A stretch of DNA of 63,836 nt, counting the filler, from Sluysia triapertura (taxonomy: Eukaryota): the NCBI GenBank assembly GCA_046118255.1. It is 5 parts of 5 records of this genome, joined end to end, with 100 filler letters (N's around TTAATTAATTAA, not from the genome) between each part and the next. Parts side by side here need not be neighbours in the genome. Positions count along the whole stretch, not along the records: positions 52,228 to 63,836 come from JBJNIA010182835.1; 4 more parts are not named here. One strand, given 5' to 3'. Within the stretch, counting starts at the first letter, position 1, and every line of letters begins with the position of its first letter. The position numbers and the translations under genes were made by a program. Of this stretch, positions 52,306-63,836 are shown piece by piece. Under the pieces are notes generated by a model. That model searched no databases and was not told the origin of the DNA. It saw only the letters and a list, made by a program, of their open reading frames with translations.

Positions 52306-53015
52306 ATTTAAGAAAATTTCGTCTACCACGGTTACAGAAAACGTACCTCAAAAATGTACTCCCATTCAAGAAGAAAAACAACAGGAAAACAAAGAGACAG
52401 AAGAGGAAGAAAATGATGAAATAAAGTCAGATAAATACAATTTATCTCCTCAAGTAATTATCTTCCGAGTGACTAAATCAATATTATTTATATTTAAATT
52501 ATTATTTTACTTAACCACTTAACAGTCTGATTTTTATGAGAAAAGGGGTAAAAAATTGTCACTTTATTATTTATTGACTACATTGTTTAATACAATTAAT
52601 TAATTACAATAAATTTACTCCACAAGTTACTACAAAACTTGCCCGAACGAAACTCGGGATCATTAGTGTCAGGAAAATGTCACACCCGAGTGCAGTTCGG
52701 GCAAAACTGTGAAGTGGTTAGTGACAAGAATAACATAAAATACGACACAATAATATCAACTACATAACACAATAATGAATAATGATTATGTTATAATAAT
52801 AATAATAGTTATATATATCATTTAAGAAAAGTTTGTCTACTGCGGTTATAGAAAATCGACCTCAAAAATGTACTCTCATTGATGAAGAAAAACAACAGCA
52901 AAACGAAGAAACTGAAGAGGAAGATATCTCGAAAAATGATCCTTTATTTGATTTAAATACGGATGTATACAAATTATCTCAAGTAATTATTTTATGTTTT
53001 GAGTGACTAAATCAT
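52292..53015 (+). repeat. Diverged direct duplication of an exon-like unit (~52292-52480 and ~52811-53015)
   Basis: Both units read TCATTTAAGAAAA...CCTCAAAAATGTACTC...GAAGAAAAACAACAG...GAAGAGGAAGA...CTCAAGTAATTAT...GAGTGACTAAATCA. Confidence 0.85.
52515..52717. mobile_element. piggyBac-type MITE (203 bp) with subterminal inverted repeat
   Basis: TTAA-CCACTTAACAGT...ACTGTGAAGTGG-TTAG (11/12 TIR). Internal inverted repeat TTGCCCGAACGAAACTCGGG / CCCGAGTGCAGTTCGGGCAA. Confidence 0.75.
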
Positions 53016-53718
53016 TCAATAAAAAGAGTGTGAATTGCGTGATGCGTCCAATAATTCGTGAGTCTAAAAAATGACTCGTCTAATGAAAGTTATTTTATAT
53101 ATAAGAACTAGTTATGTTGACATTTTTCAAAATAATATACTCTTTCAGAATGCTTTTTTATAAAAATTGATAGACTGTTGATTTAAATATAAATTGATTG
53201 CGCTAATCTTTTGTGATTCCTTATTGTTTTCTTAGGTTGACAAAATCATTAAAATCTGATGGAAGTAAATCATGATTATAGAAAGAATGTGAACTCTTCA
53301 AACCGTGTGATCTGAATTGTCATAGTTGGATGTTCACTTGTGCTAATGGAGGCATTATTATGACACGAGATAATAATTTGGTAAATTGTAAATAAACATA
53401 TACAATGTAATCACACAATGAATAATAAACATCTATTTATAATTGAAGGAAGATAAATTCAACACACGGAGAAATTTAACGAACTATTCAAACTATAATC
53501 AAAATATGTTTAGTGATTCTGGTTCTGATAGGAAAAGTAATATCATGACACGAATTTCACAGAAAAAGAATTTCCAGCCAATACGAATATAAGGCAAATA
53601 ATAGAAAATGGATTTATTATGTTAAACATGCACACTAATCATATTTGAATTTAAATTCTGTAGGGTTTAACAGTATATAGGTCTTATATGTGTTTTTGAA
53701 AAATATTGATCAAATGAA

Positions 53719-53830
53719 TACAGGGTGTCCCAAAAAATATGTACACATCAAAAATAATTGTAAACATGGCATTTATTAGAATTTTATTGATTTAAAAGTG
53801 TAAAAATATTTACAAGTATCATTTATTTCT
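53719..53830. mobile_element. Single Tc1/mariner-type terminal inverted repeat
   Basis: TA-CAGGGTGTCCCAAAAAA, a typical Tc1/mariner end. Partner end not found. Confidence 0.55.
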
Positions 53831-56439
53831 TTTGTTCACTGTCTGTTGACTTTATAAACTCAAACTAGATCCATAAGTAATAACATTCTAGCACTTGCAG
53901 ATTTTCTTGTAACACCATACACATAGTTATTCTCAGTACGAATACATGCACATATTGACACTCAAATCTTTTAATCTTATATTTCTAAATCATGTGGACA
54001 AACTTCTAAGCGTATAAGACTTAGATCACAGGTGAACTCACTAATTTAAAATTTACTCTTATGAATGTAGCTAAAGCATTTTGTAAGTAAAACCACATCA
54101 TTAATTCCAAAATCACTGATCATTGTTTACTTATTTATCATTATTTTTAGTCAATAAATGAAAGTATTGTTTCTGTAATTATGTCCTTGAAGGAATTCCG
54201 AAAATTATTAAATGAAGAAGAATTTGCCTATACAAGAGCCAGAGACGATCCGCTTTTAAAAGGTTTGTTTTGTAAAAAATTATTACAATCACGTTTCAAA
54301 AAATTAATGTCTAATAATCATCAAATTAAGTTTATCGATTAAGTTTTTGGTTGCGGTTATTTCTAATACTTCGAGTTTGAGATGCCTAATCAAAATGCAA
54401 TAATTGTAGATTTAAAAAGTGGAAAATTTTTTCAAATATACGAGTAGTCACTAAAGAGAGCAAGTTGAACAGTTATTTCAAAAGGTTTGTGCATCTCAAA
54501 TTTTTAATAGTGAATGCAGATAAATGAAATTCAGAAAAAATAGCTCGTCTTAATAATCTGAAGTTGGAAATAAATGTCACAAATTAGAAAATATCTCAGA
54601 TTAGACATAAAAAACAGAGAACAGACTTAGTTCGTAACTCATCATATTTAATAACAGTAGAGAGGACAACGAAGTAAACGGAATAATACAAATGTGACTT
54701 TAATAAATTAGAAATGAAAAAACAAATACAAATTAACATAAAACTACTAAATGAAAAAATAAATAAATTTTAATATTATAGGAAAAACTTGGCCATATTA
54801 TTTTTAAAATGCACATATTAGAATCCCATACATAATATTAACTGAAGAAAGAAATTTGCTATATAATAGGAATTAACTATGAAAAAATTACTAACGAATG
54901 GAATTCAACATTTTATTTGATATGGTATAATATCAATGGCAAATAGTACGTAAGGCAGAGTTGTCCACTAAAAATATAATCACAATTACTTGAAAGGTTA
55001 CTGTAACTATTAATAAGTAACAATCGCTACTTCTTGATATTTTATTAACGACTATTAATCAATCATAATACAATTATTTGAATTTTCACGAGTTTCGAGT
55101 TAGTACATTATTTAAATTTATTTAAAATCACATTAATTTATCAAGGATGAAATTTGTAGTTAATAATATTGCCAACTTTATCAGCTTAATATTTGACATA
55201 TCTCGTATGTTTAAAGAAATCATTGTAAGCTCTAAAATTATTAACAACTTTTTAGAAATTAATTTTGTTGAAAATTGAATGGTAGGAATTTCACAGACCG
55301 CGCGATACATTAATAGTGTTACTATGTAGCATACAGTATCAAATTGTTCGCCTAATTTCGTACAAGTAACTTTGACCTCACAAATGACCAACGCGGTCAC
55401 TCGAAATTAAAGGTCAATAATGACGTCGAATCTGACCTTTAACTTATTAAACTAATATCGGTAAAGTTTGAATAAGTTGTTCAATGAAAAATAAAAACCA
55501 AAGCGTTTGGAAGCTTGTTTGATGTTGCTTTCTCGCCACAAATCTGATCTATTTTCGAATCGAGTTGTGATGATAAATGGATCCAACATGACAATCTCAA
55601 ACGTTCAATGCAGTTCTGGACAAGAAAGAATTATTGTGGCTCCGTGGTGAATATTGATATTGTATGTGGTCTTTTGCAACTTCCATTTAACAATGGTTTA
55701 CCAGGTTGGTATCTTAGATTGTTGAAGAGTAAGGATTTGAATTGATGGCTCATTGTCATCCCTTGCAAGTTATTTTGGCTTTTAATTTTAGATAATTCCT
55801 TTTTGTATCAGTTTATCCCTTAGTTGATTTAGGATAAGTGAACATGCATGTCTTACAACGTTTCAAAACTTTATTTGACACCATGTGAGGAGTGAATCTC
55901 AATTTACTTGTTTTACGAATTCCAAATAATTCTTTTATTTTTCGTATGCATGAGTATTATCAGCTCATGTTTCTTTCAGCATGAATACCGGTTTGAGCAA
56001 TTCGATCATCCAAAAGAAATACTTCTTTTAATTTATCCTGTATCTTAGTAATTGCAGCGCACTTTAGAATTTCGAACTTAGGGAAATGAATTACCCTAGT
56101 AAAAACAAAATTAAAGCATAAAAGTATAAAAAGAATCAATTTCTTACATCAAATTGTCTTATGTTCACTTGTAAGTAGATTTCGCTACTCTTATAAAAGA
56201 TATGGTCATTGTATGTCTCGATTCCTTCATTAGACTGCATATCTTTAAATTTGTTAAATAACGCATTGGAATTTTCGGACGAATTCGTTATGTTGAAGTT
56301 GCTAAAATCATCTAACTTTACTTCGAATCAGCATTAATTGACTTTATTTGATGATAGTTTAACTCGAAATTAGCCAACTTTACTTCAAAGCTCTTTACAC
56401 ATAACTCATCATCATCATCATCATCTAATTTTAGCTTAC

Positions 56440-56692
56440 AATCATTTAAATTGTTTTTGTGGATATTTACACTAATCTGGGCATCGACTTTATTGGTATT
56501 TTCATTAATATATTTTTCATGAATATATTTACATTAAACTGAACATCATCTAAATTGACTTCAGGAATATTTAGTCAAGCTTAGCATTATCTAAATTGAC
56601 TTCATTGATTTCTACATTAAGTTGAGCTTCTTCCAGATTGTCTTAGTGAATATTTATAACAAGCTTAATATCTTCTAATTTGACTTCATCTA
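56440..56692 (-). repeat. Degenerate 42-bp (14-aa) coding tandem repeat
   Basis: EVKLEDIKLVINIH / *DNLEEAQLNVEIN / EVNLDNAKLD-NIP / EVNLDDVQFNVNIH / ..VDAQISVNIH. Confidence 0.6.
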
Positions 56693-57335
56693 AAAACATT
56701 AACATTGCCGATTCTTTTTCTGGAATTCAACCAAACTTGTTATAAAAGTTTTTATCACTTGAATTTTTAACTTTATTTTTGGCACTGAAGTAGCCAAATT
56801 CACATTTGATTGATTCCAACACTAAATTAACAAAGACGTACTGCTTAATTTTAGTATTGTTAAATTAGTTGAAATTAAATTATTGTTAGTATTATTATTA
56901 TTATGCAATGGTAATAATAATAATTACTATTATTATCATTACTTCATAATGTATGTAGGTAAAAAGTCCATGTGGATGAAAATTTAAAAACGTCATAATA
57001 TTGAATTTTGCAATGATTATCACTTTTATAATAAAGCAGAGTTACTTTAGATATTACGTATTGCATATTATTTGATTTTTAGAATCTTCTAACGATTCAT
57101 TTGTTTATGGATAAGAATATTTCTTGATTATTTTCAATACTTTTTTCTGATGTTTTAATATATCATAGTTAATTTTCCATTTTAGTAGTAAAATATGAAA
57201 CTATCGATTCGATGTTGTTAGGAAATGACTTTATGCTTTGAATCTCTTTTAATATAACCAACTTCTTTCGATTATAAAGAAATATGTGTATCATTTCAGG
57301 ATTACTTATTAAATTAAATTTAAGAGAGATGTTAA

Positions 57336-57881
57336 TTATTTGCAACACGGTTTGCAGAGTTTTTCAATAATTTGTATTTCATTTTTCTTATCTGAGTTAT
57401 CTTTCAAAGAATGTATTAAAGAATTTCTTTTCCTTTGTAGTAGCATTTGTTCAGCAGCTTGTCCATATAGTTTGATAAATTTTGATGGCATATTTGCCAA
57501 AGGTGCTAAGCACTTAGTCTGTGTATATCTATTCGCTTTAATTTGTAAGTTACTTTGAATTACACATAACATAAGATGTTGGGAAAATAATTTTTCTTTA
57601 ATCCAAGGAGCATCTTTTACGACATCCCGATATACATCTGACGACAATATCAAGAGATATCAATACGTACATTATTTATCTTAGTTTCAGTATGTTATAC
57701 AAATATTTAAAGTAGACAATCTTGTAAAACTAAAAGATTCTTTCCTGAAAAAATTATTTATGAAACTAATATTATCTCTATGTATTAAAATATAAAATAT
57801 ATGCATATAATGTTTTTCGGAAAAATGTTTCTCGATTAAATCATACATTTGTTTAAAAGAAGTTACGGCACTATAGATCAC
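57336..57881 (-). pseudogene. Unidentified coding remnant (two adjacent ORFs)
   Basis: ORFs of 64 and 105 aa with protein-like composition. No recognisable motif. Confidence 0.25.
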
Positions 57882-58074
57882 GCTTATAGATGATATGAAG
57901 TTTCAGTATCATAATAATTGAGTTTTGTAATATGAAAGTTAACTTGAAATTGTAAAGTTAGATATTGTGGTGCTAATTATGAGAAAAGCTGTTGAGTGTT
58001 TTAATTTTATGTGGTGTAAATAAAATTTTGTTTATTGTGTTATTTAAAAAAATGTAACGTATTGAATTGGACCA

Positions 58075-58360
58075 CCACAATATTCATCAAAAGAAACTGA
58101 TTGTGTGTGTTTGGTATGAGTGAGTCTAGCACAGGTTTGGTCCATCGATCACAGCAGCCACCTGGATGAAATGATGCAAAATCGCAACAGATCGACTCCT
58201 ATCTTACTGCACGGTAACACTACGTCACACAGTACTAAAACAACTGGGAAAACTGCAGGATTTGGAATTGAAACTTCTCACCAGACCTAGTTCCCACTGA
58301 CTACAACTTCCGCAATTTTAATAGGAATTCATTGACTCTCGTCCGCCAGGGTTTCCTACC
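58075..58360 (+). mobile_element. Mariner transposase remnant
   Basis: NIHQKKLIVCVW, NRSTPILLHGN..SH, KLQDLEL, SPDLVPTDYNF, DSRPPGF. These are decayed LLHDNARPH and YSPDLAPTDY motifs. Confidence 0.88.
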
Positions 58361-58718
58361 ACTGACCAGAACAACCTGTCGCTTTTTTTCAATTTTTGAA
58401 AGTTATCAACCAACTTTGCCTTTTTTCTACAAATTTCATCCTTGACCACTTAATAATTAATGTCTTCTATGTAAAATATCATTTGAAATATATCCATGAC
58501 ATTTCTAAATTAAGCTAAAATTTCATTGTTCAAAAATTTGCTACATAAAATCTACATTGTTATGTCTGTTCTGTTATGAAATAAGATGTTTTATAATTTA
58601 TTCATTTATTTATTTTGTAGAATTGATTGAAGCGTCAAAAGATGTTAACTCAGTGAAATTACAATGTATGAATAAACAGTTTTTAAAGTAAATTTGATTT
58701 GTGAATTTCATTCTTTAA

Positions 58719-58836
58719 CTTTCCGTCTACCAAAAAAGTTAATTTTTTCATTAAACAGATATATTTAAAACAATTTTCATTTAACATATTACTATAAAAT
58801 AACTCGGTATCATTGGACCTACTGGTTGGCGGAAGG
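58719..58836. mobile_element. Small piggyBac-type MITE (118 bp)
   Basis: TTAA-CTTTCCGTCTACCA...TGGTTGGCGGAAGG-TTAA (11/14 TIR). Confidence 0.6.
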
Positions 58837-58884
58837 TTAATATCTTATATAAGCAATATTGGATTTACTAAAGATGCTGAAGTT

Positions 58885-59005
58885 GTGGTTTCATTTACTA
58901 AAATAATAAGACCTAACTTAGAATATGCATCGCCGATTTGATATAACCGTTCTAAAACAAACTTACAAAAACTAATCAATATTCGACCTAAACGTGCACT
59001 GTTAT
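58885..59005 (+). mobile_element. LINE (CR1/Jockey-type) post-RT remnant
   Basis: FTKIIRPNLEYASPI*Y...NLQKL, matching the IRPxLEYASPVW motif. Confidence 0.65.
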
Positions 59006-62000
59006 CTGCTAGTATAACTTATGTTGATTTAAATTAAATCAAACTTTATCTAAAGACCGTTCTGGAGATGAAATATTGAATGGATTCAATACTTAGGAAT
59101 CAAAAAAATTATAAGAAACATTTCAAAATATGAATTAAATTTGGATACAGTTAAAACGATAAATAATTAAGATAATTGAAATAAAATGAAGGAACCACAA
59201 AAATATTAAAAAGAATCGGAACAAGAAAATAAAGAATTAGAGAAATTATAGAAATGGATTATAAGATAATAATCTTAATAATGGAGGAAATTGAATATAT
59301 ATAAATCTTAGCAATGACACCTTCGAAGATATCTCACATTGTGGATATAGAGATGAGTAAGAAGCTCGGAAACAAATCAAATTTCTAATTATATGAACAG
59401 TCAAAGAAACAAAAATGATAATACAATCAAAAATATTTACGTGGAACCTTTTAATACTGGATTCTCATGAATCATAAAAACGATACTATAATTATTTACA
59501 TTAAAATGCAAAACATAACTAATTAGTAATTCTGGAAAAAATTATAATTTAAGTATTGTTTGTGAATGAAGTATTACGAAGAAAAGGAATGAGTCCACTC
59601 GCGCAGATGAAACTAAACTTATGTAAATAGATGCTACTGGAAATAAACAGTTTACTCTTTTTCATATTAAAACTAATTATAGAAATTACTCATTTGAATT
59701 AACAAAATAGAAAATAAAAAATTAATGTCGAATAATTATTTGATATATTGGGATAAATCTAAATTTCTTAAAAGGTCGACACTTCTTCCTTTCATGTAAA
59801 GAAATTCTGAATAAAGCTATTAGTTGAAATTGTTTATATTTCCTGAAAAGAATATTATTATTATCATTATATTATTATTATTATTAATGAAAGTTTTAAT
59901 TTCAGATGTAGTTGGTGTACCACTTTCAGTGATTATATCTCTTTTATTATGAATTTGTGCAACAAGTATACCATTTAAATAATTAATTTACTAAATTATA
60001 TAACATTTAAGAAAACAAGATATGATAGGTTATTTAGTTTGAATTTAATTAAAACGATTTCTTTTTATTTTTATTTGTTAAATTTGGATTTAGTAATTTA
60101 TTCGAACATTGTTTTTATACTTTTGCTTATTTATAAAATTTTATTTATTTGTTATTTGAATTGTTAATCGATTTTTGTCTCTACAAATTTAGAATCACTC
60201 AATTTTTATTTGCTTTGTCATCAATTAAACTTTATCTCCATCATAATATTCCATCTGGAATGCAAAATTAATTCTAAAATTCTAAAAATTCTTATTATTA
60301 TATTTGCAGTTTACAAAAATTTACAATTTCACAGAAATTACCTTTTTGAGTATAAACTGTTTGATTATTTAATCAGGGGCTCTCCGATCTCCAATTCCAC
60401 AATTAAGCTCGTAAATATTAAAAAACTAGTTTTATATTCATTTGACGAGTACACTCACATCAAATAATGAGCACTAGAAAACAGCAGCTTTCGCAAATAT
60501 TTTTCTGCTTTACTCTTTTATCACACAGCATCTTAATTATAATTGTGGAGTGTCAATTTCAGCAACTAATAGACAAAATTCGTAAAGAAAATTTCCAACA
60601 TAATCATCTACATTATCTCCTCGTTCTTTTTTAAATAATCTAACATTATATATTACAGATCAATAATTAATAATAAAACAAAACTAAATTTGTTAAATTT
60701 TCTCTATTAAATTTTTTACATTATAAAGTAAGTGCAATGCAATTTTGTTAATGTTTAAAATAGGATTCTATCATTACTATTCGTTTTGATATCATTATTC
60801 CCTTGTTTACGTTGTGCTCTTTTATGTTCTTTAATTTTGTTCAATGTCGCATGTTTTGACACATTGAGGATGGATGACATGATTTTACGTTACTTGGAAT
60901 TTGAAGCAACATTGTATAAAACTGCAATTATGAGTAAATAAAACATTACAAGTGCTGCGTCGTACTAAATTATATCAGCAAATATAAACTTAATAACTTA
61001 GAGGTTCGCCTGTAGTCTGTGATTTATATCCTACTGAAGACGCAGCTATGATTTGAATAAAAGGAAAATTTCTACGAGAAAGTAATTGCCTTACTTCTGA
61101 AATGTCAGTAATAAATGTAAGAAATGTTTTCTCAATTTTTCTCTCTAAATAACCCATAGCACTCTTCCTTTTAAAATGTGTAATTTAAAAGTTAAGAAGT
61201 TTTCTTAATAAACTAACTAATACGATATAAAACTATTAACAATAAAAATTTCAATTAAATAAGAAAAAACTGATCCAATAATAATTACAATTAAAATTAA
61301 GGTTATTATTTTAGTAAAATATTGTGGCAAGACTCATTTTTGATTATGTTATAACATTTTACGTAGAATATTAACTCTGCGATAATCGTAGAGAATAACT
61401 TATAAAACATAAACTCAAACTACATGGATTTTGAAGTAGCCAAAAAAATATGTATTCCTAGTGAGTGATTTATGAATCTCTGAACTGAAAGAGTCAAGCT
61501 ATAAATATTTAATCTTGCAGTAAATCTTGAACTATTAGATAAAGAAAAATTTTCATCGTTTGAGCGTGTTAAATAAAAATATAAATTGAATCTTTTGAGG
61601 TTTTTATAAATAATGAACTACTGATATATTGTAATAATTTGAAGTAACAAATAAACAAATTGTTTGTAACACTATTATTATTGTAATTATAATTATATTC
61701 TTGCTCAGTAAAAACTTTCAACGATTTCTGTGCTGTGGATAGAAACTGAAAGAAAGTTTACTAAAGTCTCTTTTGAGATGATTCGCGAAATGATAAATTT
61801 CATTCTTCTTTATTACCAACAGTTCTTCGAACGTTTGAGATGTGTTAAAAGTACCTAAGATTTCTGAAACACATTAAATATATCAAGAATTAAAATTTAA
61901 ACATTTACTTCTCACCAATTATTTCAAATAATTAAATTTATTTAATATAAATTATCATTATTCCAGATTTATTCTATAGTGATTATATTCGACCTATCAA

Positions 62001-63229
62001 ATGTAAGGTGTGTAATCATTCGACGAATAAAAATGTGAGAAGAAAATATATTTACATTGACACGCCAAAAGTATTAGATTTGTTTAAAATACAATTGGTG
62101 ATATAACATTTTAGGATAATGATTTCAATATTGAAGAACTAATTCAATCTGGACTTTGTAAAACACAAATATCAGTAAGTATGAATAATCATCTTTCAAT
62201 GTTTCATAATAGTTCCATTTATCTTAGAGACGAATTGCATGAGCGAATCATAGATTCATGACATAAACATTGACAATTTTAAAATTTTGATTATGGAAAA
62301 AGATTATAACTACGAATTATTATAATTATAATTATATTACCAACATTTAAATTGCTTGAAGTAATCACGAATTTATTTATTTAATGAATATTTCTTTTTA
62401 TTAAATATGTTTAACTGTAAATTTTCTTTTATTCTACATATTCGGTTCGTAAATCTAACCATTCAGACTAATTTATAACTGTTGTCGTGCAGTTCGTCTT
62501 TAAACGCAAATTGCAGTAATTAATTTTAATTAAAATGTCCAGCTTTCTATACTCAGTAAATGTGTTATTGTGTAGAAAATATAATTTTTCAGTTCCATTT
62601 TATAATAAACATAGTATATTTAATTTATGTATTTAGTCAATTTCGGATTGTGGTGGCTCAAAACTAAACTTATAATTTTATTAACATCCATAACACAAAA
62701 CATTCGAAATCACTCAATTAAATCATTTACAATTTTAAACATACACACTTCTTTCAACTGTGTATTCTATACATTTCAATATCATGTTACATTCTTCTTA
62801 CTATGTCCTAACACTGTACGAATGAAACCGTACTTGGAGGTGAATCTAGACTATATTCCGTACAATCTTATAATCACGTATTTCAGAACTGTTAAGATAT
62901 TTCTTTACAGTTATCGCAAAATTATTAACGTGTGTCAGTTTATTTCATTTTAATAATTAATTATTAATATTAATTATTAATAATTATTATAATATTTCTA
63001 AATTAAAAAGAATTTTAATTTGCTTTAAATAATTCTTTAATAATAATATTAAATAAATTACTTAAATTTATTAAAGTAATAATTTAAATAATAATTTAAA
63101 TTTATATTATTATTTAATAATAATATATTAATTTATGTTGCAAAATAAGTACTCAAAATCCCTTAAAATAAATCATTCATTATTAAATTTCTGATGCAGA
63201 AAGAACTTTGCTTTTTTCTTAAATATTTC

Positions 63230-63836
63230 ATAATTTGACATTCACTGGTAGTTGGTTGTATATTTTTGAAACATAAACGACACCTATCTTATTATAACTG
63301 CGGATTTTGTATAAACTATTATGTCTCAATGAATATTCATCTTGGTTTCCATCTTTTTATTATTCCTAAGAAATATTCAGGACTTTAGTAATGTAGCCAT
63401 TTGTAAATTATTGTCATGATTTTGAATTCTACTCTTGCTTTTATTGACAACAAATGTAATTCCTTAAGATTAGGTTTTACATGAGATCTTCTTTCAACTT
63501 CGAAATTTATTTTGCTCCTTGATTGATTATTAATTATCAATTTCTATATGAAATTGAGTGCAATATGTCATTGTTAAAATCTGTGTTATTAGTTATCTAA
63601 TAATGAACAATTAGTTTAGCTGTTTCTTTATTAATAAATTTTCGAATATTTTTTTAAATTGATATTTACACTTTTTAACAATATAATTCATATTTTATCA
63701 ACACAAACCATTTTATCAGTTCAGATACTATTTCTTCTGTTCTTTGAATACTATGTTCTATGTTGTTCACTTCAAATTCAGTATACATTTGCACGTCATC
63801 AGCATACATATGGTATTTAAAACCATATGATTCTAT
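63230..63836 (-). mobile_element. L2-clade LINE RT 3' fragment, running off the window end
   Basis: YGFKYHMYADDVQMY at the window end, and SHVKPNLKELHLLSIKARVEFKI (HITPxLxxLHWLPVxxRIxFK motif) at ~63420-63490. Confidence 0.85.

Overview
Very AT-rich invertebrate (metazoan) genomic DNA, not a prokaryote. Four artificial 100-nt spacers (N44-TTAATTAATTAA-N44) show that the window is five concatenated scaffolds (1-11019, 11120-24897, 24998-38102, 38203-52127, 52228-63836), so adjacency across spacers is meaningless. Most of the content is decayed transposons and host-gene fragments. The standout is a degenerate Ty3/Gypsy LTR retroelement on the minus strand (~50273 to ~43680). Its order is PBS - Gag (CA-like, CCHC knuckle) - acidic linker - candidate Bcl-2-fold domain - chuvirus-like envelope glycoprotein - aspartic protease - RT. 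The glycoprotein membrane region runs in one open frame into the protease, so the envelope sits between gag and pol, probably within one ancestral polyprotein. A divergent second copy of the Bcl-2-like plus glycoprotein junction lies on another scaffold (~7900-9200). Also present: two R2/NeSL-type LINE fragments, L2 and CR1/Jockey-type LINE remnants, a mariner remnant, four piggyBac-type TTAA elements, four copies of a tRNA-derived repeat with a conserved upstream leader, an NtA (agrin-type) first exon, a KDM1B/LSD2-like ORF that has lost its oxidase domain, AMPK-alpha and Kunitz pseudogene fragments, and an orphan gene with a 35-nt intron. All protein assignments come from manual translation and motif recognition; no searches were run.
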